Source: a virus (taxonomy: Duplodnaviria; Caudoviricetes). Taken from it: DNA of 64,000 nt. The notes below the pieces were generated by a model. That model had not been told where the DNA came from. It saw only the letters and a program-made list of their open reading frames with translations, and made no database searches. This document shows, one piece after another, positions 19,764-30,171 of the stretch. Both the position numbers and the translations under genes were made by a program. The first letter of the stretch is position 1, and each line of letters opens with the position of its first letter. The stretch lies in IMG/VR virus record IMGVR_UViG_3300034171_000062, positions 106,558-170,557 of that record; one strand, 5' to 3'.

Positions 19764-21392
19764 ATGGAAGAGAAACGCGCACCGTTTAATATCAAACTTT
19801 TAAAGCTAGACCCCTCTCAACTCCGCCTCCTTAAACCTATCTCCAGTTTGGATCGGTTCGACGGCGCGGGGTCGAGTAACTTTCACGAGTCGGGTTTGTT
19901 CTCGACTGAAATCTTTGGGCGAGTCGGAGACGACGCCCGAGACAACACCTTTGCCTACATTCCGCTTAAAACCAGTATCTTGCATCCCGTTGTATATCAG
20001 CGCCTCGAACGATTGAAGCGATTGTACATTGGCATTCTGTCTGGGAAAGAATACGCGGTCTGGGACGATGTGAAGAAAGACTTCTTTCGCTCAGACGAGT
20101 TGGATGGGGAAACCGGTTACCAGTTCTTTATGGAACATTGGAACGATCTGGTGTTCACCAAAGGCGATTCTGAAATCCGTAAACAGCGCGTGGCGTTATT
20201 GGATATGTTCCGAGGCGAATCGGTGTTGTCCAACGTGTTGGTTATGCCAGCCGGACTTAGAGACGCTGAAATCGACAACCTGGGCCGCACTCGTGAGGAT
20301 GAAATCAATTCTCACTATCAACGGTTGATTGGGATCTCTAATACCATCGCCAAGTCAACCAAGGCGGACAGCGAGGTACTCAACACCCCAAGATACGCGT
20401 TGCAGCAAGCGTTCAACTTGGTGTACGAGACTATCGAGAACATGCTCTCTGGTAAGAAAGGCTTCTTACAGGATAAGTGGGGCGCCCGGAAGATCTTTGA
20501 TGGTACTCGAAATGTCATCTCCTCAATGGACATCTCAGCGCCGGATCTGAACTCGGACAACTACCCAGGACCGGACGACACCGTGATGGGGTTGTGGCAG
20601 GTCTCTCGGGGTGCCTTACCGGTGACCATCGCTCGACTGCGCCAGAATATCCTCAGCAACATTTTTGGGGACGCCGAAGGCAGTGTGCGTCTTGTCGACA
20701 CTAAGACGTTGGAACCTGAGTTCGTTCAGATATCTCCGCAAACGTACGACCGGTGGACCACGACTGAAGGGTTGGAGAAGGTCATCGGAATGCAGTCGAT
20801 GGTCGGTATCCGGGCTAAACCTGTGTTGGTGGAAGGACGGTACTTGACGTTGGTGTACAAACCTAAGGACAGGTTGGTCTTCAAGTTGTTCAACGACATC
20901 AACGAATTACCTAAAGGCGCTGAGAAGAAAGACGTGCATCCCATCACGTACGAAGAGTTGATCTACTTGTGTAACTATCAAGGATGGAACGACTTGCGGG
21001 TGGTCACAACACGGTACCCGGTTACTGGGGAAGGCAGTACGTATCCGTCTCGGGTGTTCGTTCGTACTACGGTTAAGACCGAGGCGCGTGTGGAACTGGG
21101 GATGGACTGGGAAGAGATGGACGCTGAAGACAATACGGCACACGTCTACCCGGTGTTCGATCCCGAGTCCTACATAGATTCGTCTATGGTTCATCCATAT
21201 CGTCTCAGCGGTTTGAGTGGCGATTACGATGGGGACATGGTGTCCAACAACATTCTGTACACACAAGAAGCCATCGAAGAAACAGACAACTACCTTAATT
21301 CCCCAGGGGCCCACATCGATCCAGCCGGTGGCTTAAGAGCCAGTGCGGCGATAGATACGACTAATCTCGTAATGTACAACATGACAGGGTAA
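19764..21392 (+). CDS. Virion RNA polymerase beta-prime subunit carrying the catalytic loop (phiKZ gp180-like)
   Basis: GLFSTEIFG, VMPAGLRD, GKKGFLQ, TRYPVTG and catalytic GDYDGD. Confidence 0.9.
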   Translation: MEEKRAPFNIKLLKLDPSQLRLLKPISSLDRFDGAGSSNFHESGLFSTEIFGRVGDDARDNTFAYIPLKTSILHPVVYQRLERLKRLYIGILSGKEYAVWDDVKKDFFRSDELDGETGYQFFMEHWNDLVFTKGDSEIRKQRVALLDMFRGESVLSNVLVMPAGLRDAEIDNLGRTREDEINSHYQRLIGISNTIAKSTKADSEVLNTPRYALQQAFNLVYETIENMLSGKKGFLQDKWGARKIFDGTRNVISSMDISAPDLNSDNYPGPDDTVMGLWQVSRGALPVTIARLRQNILSNIFGDAEGSVRLVDTKTLEPEFVQISPQTYDRWTTTEGLEKVIGMQSMVGIRAKPVLVEGRYLTLVYKPKDRLVFKLFNDINELPKGAEKKDVHPITYEELIYLCNYQGWNDLRVVTTRYPVTGEGSTYPSRVFVRTTVKTEARVELGMDWEEMDAEDNTAHVYPVFDPESYIDSSMVHPYRLSGLSGDYDGDMVSNNILYTQEAIEETDNYLNSPGAHIDPAGGLRASAAIDTTNLVMYNMTG

Positions 21393-21427
21393 TATCCCAC
21401 CTTGGCTTAAACCGTTCGGAGTGTGTT

Positions 21428-24400
21428 ATGCAACCGTATGCAACTTTTTACCGCCAGCACGGGGTGAGACTGAAAGATCACGTGGTCTCACCGCCGTTTG
21501 CGGACCTGAATCAACTGGTACTGCCAAAAGACAGCCTGATCCATCATCTGAGTATGGATGACGTGGCCCTAGGTCCCGAGCCAGACGATGCGTTGTTTAA
21601 GTATCACGACGGTCGGGTCTTGGTTGAACACATCCAAGAACTGGCTCAGCCCATAGGCGGCCCTCGGGCAGATCGGTCTACCCCCGCCAGTGCTCTGAAC
21701 AGAAACTATCACCGCCGTTATCGGACCATGAGACCACTGCACGACTTCGACAAGTCTCTGCGCGACCCTCGGTCTCTGATCGTTGAGAACTACGCCCACT
21801 TGAACCACCTGTGGCAGTACATGCGATCGATTTACGCTGGGTATTACAAGTGGCGCAACATCGTCAGCACTATGATCAACGTCATGAACCTCCGGTGTGA
21901 GAACAACGACCGACAGCACTTTGTCATGGTTACGTTACCCAACCGTCTTCCAAATCTGGCCATGTTGAAAAAGGCCAGCGCTGGTTACAAAGGCATGCCT
22001 AAAGCAATGCTGGAAGTCTTTGCCAGACCCGAACAGTTATTGTTGATGGAGTTGTGGACCTGGCTGGGAGAAACCAAAGATCAATCTCTCTTCAGTGCCC
22101 TCAAGGCGGAGAACTACAAGAAGATCAACTTGGTCTACGTGGAAAGTGGACAGTGGTTTGCTCTGAACATCGGTACCTTGTTGGAACTCTTCGGAGAAGA
22201 AGCTGAGGGCGAAAGCGATGGTTCAACCCAACTCCAGCGGTACTTCTTACGAATGATGATCGCGGTCTTTGAACGGCGCACACAGATCGTTCAAGCCGAT
22301 AACGAGGACGAGGGAGAAGTGGGTAATCCAGCAGACGGGGTAGACGCCACTCAACCTAAGACCAATCCTCAAGACATAGACGACGAGTCGATCGATGCCG
22401 ATTTGGCGCAGTTGGATAAGTTGTCGGAAAATATCCCCGAAGGCGACGAACGGCGTCCGGCGGACACGCGACCGTTAGATCCGAACGAAGCCATTCTGGC
22501 CCGGGTTACCCAGATGACGGAAGAAGGACGTCTCTCCCCGGCACAGCAACGACGTTTCAACACCCTGGTGGAGAAATCCAAGAACCTACCCAACCCCTAC
22601 GGCGAAGGGTCCTTGGACGAGTATCGAGAGGTCAGTGTAAAAGACCTACAGCTCGATCCCAAGATGATCAAGATGCCGAAGATGGCGGGTGTCACAGACG
22701 AGTCCATGTTGGAAAGTACCTTGTTGGCGTTCGACAGTCAGTATTTGACCAGCGTCTTCAATAAAGACGTGATCAACTCGGCGATGGCGGTTCAGCAAGC
22801 GGGCGTTATTGTAACCGACTACGACGTAGAGACCATCGAAGACGCAGCGAACCATTATCAACTGGTGACCATGCGTTTAACCCCGGTGGATGGGGAGCCC
22901 TCGACAATCCGATTCCGAGTACCGGTGGTGGATGCGACGGGTGTGTTTGTGGCTAATAACGTCAAGTATCGCCTGCGCAAACAACGGGGCGACAAGCCCA
23001 TTCGTAAGACTTCCCCCTCGGAAGTGTCGCTGACGTCTTACTACGCCACGGCGTTTGTAGAACGGTCACAGAAGAGTGTAGTTAACTATCCTAAGTGGCT
23101 GTGTAAGCAGATTGAAGTAAAGGGAATGGACGACGAAGATTCCATGGTTCAAAATCTGAAGCACATCAGGACGTTTGTTTCGGACGTTAAGTTGCCGCGT
23201 ATTTACACCATCTTGGCTCAATCGTTCCGGGAGTTTACTGTGGGTGGGAAACACCGCATCTACTTGGACCATCAACGCCGGATCAAGGAATTTGGGGAGG
23301 ACACGGTCACGTCGGTCGAGAAGGATGGATTTGTCATGGTGGGTACCTCCGACGGTAAACCGATGGTGGTGGATGAGTCCAACACGTTCTACGTGGTTAA
23401 TGGGAAGGAGTATGTGGTCCTAGGACGGATTGAAGACCTGATGGAGTTAGACGCCACTAAAGCGCCTACGGAGATTGCGGAGTTTCGTCTGTTCAAAAAG
23501 ACCCTGCCCGTAGGGATAATGTTGGGTCACCGTATTGGTCTCACTCGTCTGATGGCGTTGTTAGAAGTAGAGCCCCGCCGGGTGTCGGTCGGTCAACGGG
23601 TGTCTGTCTCAGCCGACGAGTACGCCCTACGGTTTGCCGATGAGACCTTGATCTTTAATCGGGAAGACCAAAAGGCTCAGCTGGTATTGGCGGGGTTTAA
23701 TCGGTACCATCGTAGTATCAAGCGATACAACGTGGACACCTTCGACGACCCTGACGTGTATGTGAACGTCATGGAAGACAACGGCATCCGAGTAGGCTTT
23801 AGTCGGGAACTGGAATTGGCGATGGACATGTTTGTCGATCCCATCACGAAAGACTTACTGGTGGAGATGGGGGAACCTACCACGCTGGAAGGACTGTTGG
23901 TGCGGTCGTGCGAGCTGTTGATGATCGATTGGCATCCGGATGAAACCGATCTGAACTTCATGCGCATTCGTGGGTATGAGCGGATGGCTGGTGCGGTGTA
24001 CAACGAGTTGCTGAAAGGCGTTCGTCGTTATCGGTCTCGGGGTGTGGGCAGTGCGGCTAAGATTGACATCAATCCGGAAGCGGTGTGGATGGCGATCAAT
24101 CAAGACGCCAGTATCTCTCAGATCGAGGAATCCAACCCTATCCAGAACCTGAAGGAAAAGGAACTGGTTACCTACTTGGGGACCGGTGGACGTTCCACGC
24201 GCAGCATGGTCAAACACACTCGAGCCTTTCACGAAAGTGACATGGGTGTGATCTCCGAAGCCACGGTGGATTCTGGGGCCGTGGGGGTGAACGCGTACCT
24301 GAGTGCTAATCCACAATTTCAAAATCTGCGAGGCACCACCGACAAGTACGAAAAAGGTAAGACCGGCAGCAGCTCTATGATCAGCACCTCGGCCTTATTG

Positions 24401-24435
24401 GCACCGGCGGCCGACGTCGACGATCCAAAGCGTGT
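21428..24435 (+). CDS. Virion RNA polymerase beta subunit (phiKZ gp178-like), exon 1
   Basis: GTGGRS, DMGVISEATVDSGAVG, DDPKRV (equivalent to RpoB DDANRA); frame continues after the intron. Confidence 0.88.
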
Positions 24436-24810
24436 TAACCTTAGCACCTTCGCGAGGTAACTCGCGTCGAATAACTTCCCTAAAACGGGGAACCCTCTTA
24501 ACAGAGACAATCCGTTGCGAAGTCCCTCACGAGGGATGCGCTCAACGGCCATCGAAAGCTGCGGCCCGCTGGTGGGTTCAGTGACATCCGTATAGAACCG
24601 GGTGGTCGCCTTAGGGCGATTAAAGCAAGTAGAGTACAGCCCAAGCGATTGGGGTTCAGGTCTGGGGTAATCACCCACTAATGCCTGATTAAATGGAAAC
24701 GGGAAGCTTCCTGATACACTCAGGAAGATGAGATGGTCTGACCCTTACGGTAACGTAGGGCGGGTGCCTAAGCGCACCGGCTTCGAGTAGCGATCGAAGT
24801 GGACATAGTG
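24436..24810 (+). mobile_element. Group I self-splicing intron, ORF-less, 375 nt
   Basis: P1 GTGT/GCAC with U-G at the splice site; P3 CTTCCC/GGGAAG; P4 ACGG/CCGT; P7 GGCCAT/ATGGTC; GTAA-capped P2 and P9; terminal G at 24810; removal restores DDPKRV-NFISIQNTHVIP. Confidence 0.93.
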
Positions 24811-25930
24811 TAATTTTATCTCAATTCAAAACACTCACGTGATCCCAGCGGAAGGGTATCGCCCGAGTCCTCTGCGCACTGGGTACGAACGGATGATCCC
24901 CCATCGAGTGGACGATCTGTTTGCGTACACGGCTAAACAAGACGGGGAGATCACTAAGAAGGACAAATACCACGTCACCGTGACCTACAAGGACGGGTCG
25001 GAAGTAAAGGTCGAACTAGGGCGCCGTTATGGCACAGTGCCTGGTACCACCATTCCACACGACGTCGTGTGCGATTTGAACGTTGGGGCGAAGGTAAAGG
25101 AAGGCGATGCCATCTCTTACAACGCTGGGTTCTTTGAAACCGATCCCTTGAATCCAAATCAGGTACTGATGCGAACAGGCATCATGGCCAAGACCGCGAT
25201 TGTGGAACGGTCCCACACCTGGGAGGACGCCTCGGTGATCTCTGAGAAATTGGCGGAGAAACTGGGCACTAAGATAACGAAGATTAGGACGATCTTTGTG
25301 CGCTTCGATCAGACGATTCGAAACCTAGTGTCTCCTGGGACCAACGTCGATTTGGAAACTATCCTATGTACGATTGAGGACGCCGTTACTGCAAACAACG
25401 ATTTGTTCGATGAAGAAAGTCTTGACAGCCTGCGTATGATGTCGTCTAACACGCCGAAAGCCAAAATCTCGGGCGCCGTGGAACGAGTGGAAGTTTTCTA
25501 CCACGGCGATTACGAAGACATGTCTGAGTCTTTGTTGACCATTGCTAAAGTGGCCGATAAAGAACGCATCAAGCGACTGAAGGCTTTGGGTAAAACTCAA
25601 ACGTCTGGACAAGTGGACGGCAACGTGCGGGTCGAAAAAGATCCGTTGGAGTTGGACAGCATGGCGATTCGAGTGTACATCACTCAGCGTCTTGGGGCAG
25701 GTGTAGGCGACAAAGGCGTTTTGGGTAATCAGATGAAGACGGTCTTCAGTAATGTGATGACCGGCGAAAACCAAACCGAGAGTGGGGTGGAGTTGGATGC
25801 GATGTTCAGTTATTTGTCGATAAGTAACCGTATCATTCTCAGTCCGGAAGTAATGGGTACTACTAACACACTTCTTCGAATTATGTCTAAGAAAGTGGCC
25901 GAACGCTATTTCTCCAAGAAGGGGCAATGA
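24811..25930 (+). CDS. Virion RNA polymerase beta subunit (gp178-like), exon 2
   Basis: LRTGYE, TWEDASVIS, GDKGVLGNQMKTV RpoB-like motifs; spliced product 1375 aa. Confidence 0.88.
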
Positions 25931-25933
25931 TCA

Positions 25934-26149
25934 ATGAGTAACACTGAAGAAATGAAAACGCGGGAATACGAGACCGCTGCGGTCTTGTCGAACGCGGTGC
26001 AGGCCGGGGCAAACGTCATCCGTCGAGTAGCGGGTAACGACATCGCGGATGGCTTTAACGGGGAGCAAATCAGCGGGGACGAACTCCACGCCACACTGAC
26101 TGCTAAACTCAACAGCTACCTGAAGAACTCGACCGGAGGTCAGAAATGA
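25934..26149 (+). CDS. Small hypothetical protein
   Basis: 71 aa; stop overlaps the next start (ATGA). Confidence 0.65.
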   Translation: MSNTEEMKTREYETAAVLSNAVQAGANVIRRVAGNDIADGFNGEQISGDELHATLTAKLNSYLKNSTGGQK

Positions 26150-27594
26150 TTACCGAGAAAGCATTGATGGCGATCTCTCCCCTGGCTCGGCAACTTTCGG
26201 ACGCCGGTCAGAACCTCTCAGCGGCAGCCGGAACTCCGCTTGGCGGATTGGTTGCAGCGAATCTGTCGGCAGCGGCGTACGCGCTGGCTGGGTCACCAGA
26301 CTCACCCATTCCCACCGGGATGTTGTTGGACGATTCTAAACGCCGGGGACCGTCTGGGGACATCGAACACGACGAAGCCATGAAGGAACTGGTAGGACTG
26401 GCCTCTGAGGCAGTCTTGGGTAACTTCCACACTGCACGTAACGTGGTGATCCCTACGGTAAAATCGGTACACACCGCGTACACCGATGTTCTGCGCGGAA
26501 TGGAAATTGACGCCAAGCAACCGGTCTCCATTATCCCCAACGTTTACCACGACGTCTGGAACAGCCCGCAACTTCAAGGGTTGGTTGATCGATTTGAGAA
26601 CGTGGCCCTGAACGACGCGAAGGTAACGGTTTCTCTGCCAATGATCGACGGCGCCTCTTTGATGGAGATGCTGAAGACCGGGATCGATTCGTTTGATTCT
26701 CAGATAGAGGATTGGTTCGAGAACCAACCGGTCGATAAGCCGTTGGCCACGTACCGCAAAGTCTTCATTGACGGTGCTCCAGTGGGTCGTCAGACCAATG
26801 CCATACACATAACTCCAGTGGGCGAGTTGGATCGCAACGACCTGCTGTTGGTGTTCCTCATCGCCAGTAACTTCGAAGAGCATCTCCCTGAAGGGATTAC
26901 GGTGGATCTAAGCAGTCTGCGGTTGGTGTTGGCGCGGGTGCGTGAGCAAGCGGGTCGAGCGATTGGCGCTGAGTTCAAACGTCGCGATCGGGATCGTCAG
27001 ATTAAGAACCTGGTGTACCGAGTAGCAAAGTACGACTGGGAATACACCAACGACGGCCGCACTACAGTGATGGTCAACAACGACGTGTACAAAGCGTTCT
27101 TGGAAGAAGGTGGGTCTCCGGAAGCGATTTACGGAGCCGTTGTCTCGGGTGGGTCGACTGAGTACCACTCATTGGTGGAGAACAAAGACCTCAACGAACG
27201 GCGTTGGGCTAAGAGTGCGGCCATGCATGCGCAAAAGGTGGCGGCTCAAATTTACACCAGTCAGCGCGAAGCGGTTCGGGTGGCGATGACAAAGCACATC
27301 AACGCTCAAGCCGATGAAGACCTGCCCATGGGTAAAACGGAACTGCATCAGCGGGTGTTGACTGTCCTGGGGAAAATGAACCCAAAGGACTTCAGCGACG
27401 ACCTGACCGCGGTTCGTTGGGTGGTGTGTGATGTGCTGTTTGCTCACACCAACGTGAAGATGGTCCTGGACGCTATGGACACCGCTGAGATTGAAAACCC
27501 AGACATGTCAGCGCGCGAATGCGCTTTGATGTCGGTGATCGATTTGGTTGCTCGGTGGATGGCGGCTCAAATTAACGTTAAATACGGTAAATGA
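26146..27594 (+). CDS. Hypothetical protein of the vRNAP-protease operon
   Basis: 482 aa; GGAGGT RBS; gene order as in the phiKZ gp178-gp174 block. Confidence 0.65.
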   Translation: MITEKALMAISPLARQLSDAGQNLSAAAGTPLGGLVAANLSAAAYALAGSPDSPIPTGMLLDDSKRRGPSGDIEHDEAMKELVGLASEAVLGNFHTARNVVIPTVKSVHTAYTDVLRGMEIDAKQPVSIIPNVYHDVWNSPQLQGLVDRFENVALNDAKVTVSLPMIDGASLMEMLKTGIDSFDSQIEDWFENQPVDKPLATYRKVFIDGAPVGRQTNAIHITPVGELDRNDLLLVFLIASNFEEHLPEGITVDLSSLRLVLARVREQAGRAIGAEFKRRDRDRQIKNLVYRVAKYDWEYTNDGRTTVMVNNDVYKAFLEEGGSPEAIYGAVVSGGSTEYHSLVENKDLNERRWAKSAAMHAQKVAAQIYTSQREAVRVAMTKHINAQADEDLPMGKTELHQRVLTVLGKMNPKDFSDDLTAVRWVVCDVLFAHTNVKMVLDAMDTAEIENPDMSARECALMSVIDLVARWMAAQINVKYGK

Positions 27595-27602
27595 GGTGAG
27601 AC

Positions 27603-28319
27603 ATGAACCTGACTGAGTTGGAACGTGACCCAGTACGGGTTCAGTCGCATCTGCGTGAAGTCGATGACGGGTCGGTGGTGGCTAAGAAACCCATCAAGTT
27701 GTATATACCGACCCGCTTTCGAGATAAGCACCTGGCAACTATGGGTAACGAAACCTACGTACTGGGTATCTTCATGCTGACGGTGGAAGACCGCTACTAC
27801 GCGGTCAACAACATCAACGCCATGATGCGCATTGAACCGTCCTCCGTAAACACCGTTGTCTTGAACGAGAAAGACCATTACGAGTTTGTCTTCGAAGCGG
27901 GTGACGTGGTCTTCGCGTCTACTCAATTGGTCAATAACGATAAGTTGCTTTACTACATCTTTGATGAGATCGTAGCGAAAGGTAACGTGCCGGTCTATTT
28001 GGACTACTTGGACTTAGGGCGCCTGTTCGATTCGGCTCCCAAACACGCTGGTGTGACCTTGGCCAGCACACCAACCATCTTGCACATGCTGTTGTCAGTG
28101 GTGGCCCGTGATCCGGATAACTTAAGTCAGTTCTTCCGTCAGGTCACTAACGGTAAAGACTTTGCAAGGGCGAAGTTTGTGCAGTTGCGCTCCAGTACAC
28201 ACGGGGCCAATAACACCACCGCTCGTTTATTGGGTTCTCACTTCTCGGACAACTTAACCAGTGCGTTGATCAATCCGGCCGACCGTGAGGAAAACATCGA
28301 ACGCATTCTACGTATGTAA
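27603..28319 (+). CDS. Hypothetical protein (phiKZ gp176-like by position)
   Basis: 238 aa immediately upstream of the protease; GAGGTG RBS. Confidence 0.6.
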   Translation: MNLTELERDPVRVQSHLREVDDGSVVAKKPIKLYIPTRFRDKHLATMGNETYVLGIFMLTVEDRYYAVNNINAMMRIEPSSVNTVVLNEKDHYEFVFEAGDVVFASTQLVNNDKLLYYIFDEIVAKGNVPVYLDYLDLGRLFDSAPKHAGVTLASTPTILHMLLSVVARDPDNLSQFFRQVTNGKDFARAKFVQLRSSTHGANNTTARLLGSHFSDNLTSALINPADREENIERILRM

Positions 28320-28331
28320 GGAACAGGTATT

Positions 28332-29093
28332 ATGGCCGAACGTGTCATGTTCAATAACACGATCCTGAAAGGGATCAACAAAGGCGGCATTCTCAAGCCA
28401 GACGAGAACGGCTATTACGACATGGTACTGGGTGCGCTGGGCGTGATGAACAGCGCTGGGGAACAGTACGTCAACACTGCCACTGCACGTAGTACCTTCG
28501 AACAGAACGGTACCTTGATGCGCCGGATCAATCAAGGATTGCTGCGCGGGGAATACGGACATCCAGACCCAGCCGACAGCCCCAACTTCTTGGCGTTCGA
28601 ATCCCGCGTGCGGAAGATCAAAGAAGACCGCATCTCACACCACATCTCAAAAGTGTGGTTGGAGGAGATTGAGTACAAGGGTAAGAAGGTACTGGGAATC
28701 TTGGGAAAGGTCAAACCGTGCGGGCCTCATGGGAAGGCATTGGAAGACTCCATCACCAACCCAGAAGAGAACGTGACTTTCTCGGGCCGGTACTATTCCA
28801 ACGTCGGTAATGTCAGTGGCATTCGACAGCGTGAGATCCACACCGTGGCCACGTGGGACTTCGTCTCTGAGCCGGGCATTGAGTGTGCGAACAAGTACGC
28901 CTCGCCGTCGCTGGAGTCTATGGGTGACATGCTCATCGATGTTGAGCACATGCAGGCCGCGGTGGCTCACGAAGAAGCCAATCGCGAACTGGCGATGTCG
29001 ATGGAGTCGTCTGGGATCACCGCTAAGGATCTGATGAAGGACTTGGGCTTCCAACCTAAGATGCGCAGCAACCACAGTTACATGGAGTGGTAA
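28332..29093 (+). CDS. Prohead maturation protease (phiKZ gp175 / T4 gp21 family)
   Basis: GEYGHP (His), TFSGR (Ser), TWDFVSEPG; C-terminal SLE and SME candidate autocleavage sites. Confidence 0.85.
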   Translation: MAERVMFNNTILKGINKGGILKPDENGYYDMVLGALGVMNSAGEQYVNTATARSTFEQNGTLMRRINQGLLRGEYGHPDPADSPNFLAFESRVRKIKEDRISHHISKVWLEEIEYKGKKVLGILGKVKPCGPHGKALEDSITNPEENVTFSGRYYSNVGNVSGIRQREIHTVATWDFVSEPGIECANKYASPSLESMGDMLIDVEHMQAAVAHEEANRELAMSMESSGITAKDLMKDLGFQPKMRSNHSYMEW

Positions 29094-29094
29094 C

Positions 29095-29805
29095 ATGTCT
29101 CTTGAAGAAGAGGTTCTATCTCGGATTCCAGAGCGGCTACGCAAACACGTAGAAGTAATGACGACTGAAACCCTCGGTCAGGACATGGTGTATCACGTCA
29201 GCGACAACAAGCGATTGAAAGTCTTTCACCCAAACGTCTCAAATCGACAATTGGGCAGTGAGGATCGATCGATTCCACGCATCTCTACGTCTGAGTATTT
29301 GACTGGATGCATTGCTGGACACGACGCGACAGACTACATGTTCCAATGTTCTGATTTTGATGGACTCTTCAAGGTGTATGGGATTCCCTTTGAAATTGCG
29401 GTGAAGCCAAAGGCTGCTCTGGTGGCCGATGGTCCGCAAACGGGGGAACGGTGGTTGATTACTTATGACCAAAAAACCGAAGAGTACCCGGCCGTTGAAG
29501 TGGCTGAGTTCACTTACATCAAAGTCAGCTACGTGCGACAGAAGTCGACGATGGAGGCTGAGTTTCTATTGAAAGTCACTCATCCAGACGGACTGCGTCT
29601 TAGTAAGAAACAGCATCTAGGGATTGGGTTCTATCGCATCGTAGGTACCTCGCCGCGGGTCTACAAGAAACGCAGTTCGACGCGTGCGCCCATGGCGATC
29701 GATTCTGTAGAACCCCTAACTGCCGCCGAGTACCGAAAGGAAAAGTCGGAAAAGGGTGTTGTCTCCATGGAGACAAAGAGTCCGTGCAACTGGCTTACTT
29801 GGTGA
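29095..29805 (+). CDS. Hypothetical protein (phiKZ gp174-like by position)
   Basis: YHVS..F.P....ED.SIPRIS motif; C-terminal SME. Confidence 0.6.
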   Translation: MSLEEEVLSRIPERLRKHVEVMTTETLGQDMVYHVSDNKRLKVFHPNVSNRQLGSEDRSIPRISTSEYLTGCIAGHDATDYMFQCSDFDGLFKVYGIPFEIAVKPKAALVADGPQTGERWLITYDQKTEEYPAVEVAEFTYIKVSYVRQKSTMEAEFLLKVTHPDGLRLSKKQHLGIGFYRIVGTSPRVYKKRSSTRAPMAIDSVEPLTAAEYRKEKSEKGVVSMETKSPCNWLTW

Positions 29806-29807
29806 GC

Positions 29808-29847
29808 CGGCATAGGGGAAGGGCAAGTGCCCTTCCCTTTTATGCCC
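29808..29847. terminator. Bidirectional hairpin flanked by GGCATA and TATGCC
   Basis: GGGAAGGGCA-AG-TGCCCTTCCC between convergent genes. Confidence 0.8.
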
Positions 29848-30088
29848 TCTTTGCTGAATGCACAAACTTCTTGTGAAACTGGTCGGCGGTCAAGTAGTCC
29901 TCCGAACCGTTGTGGTGTCGTAAGAAATACCCACCTAAGACAGGCTGTTGTTTCTGAATGTATTTGGAGGAAGTTATCGCCGTGTAGGTAACTCCGTCGC
30001 GCTTCCCAGTTAGGCGTGCTCCGCCGTTGGGTAACGAGGTCATGGTGTCGATGCGAAGGGCCTCCACGGGGCGCTCAGGGTGTGTCAT
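29840..30088 (-). CDS. Small hypothetical protein
   Basis: 82 aa; AGGAGA RBS; PVLGGYFLRHHNG..YL....F motif. Confidence 0.6.
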   Translation of the reverse strand: MTHPERPVEALRIDTMTSLPNGGARLTGKRDGVTYTAITSSKYIQKQQPVLGGYFLRHHNGSEDYLTADQFHKKFVHSAKRA

Positions 30089-30171
30089 AAACCGTCTCCT
30101 ATCGTTAGGTCGTTGTTTCTATTATTGTTAACGTTAATTCGTCTATACGATGACAAAGTTAGGAGAACCCA

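Noticed and set aside
24319-24678. 119-aa minus-strand ORF across the intron as a homing endonuclease
   Set aside because: Antisense, overlaps exon 1, and has no HNH, GIY-YIG or LAGLIDADG motif
24839-25930. Separate 363-aa gene as listed in the ORF track
   Set aside because: No RBS; the frame is open from 24812 and joins exon 1 after splicing
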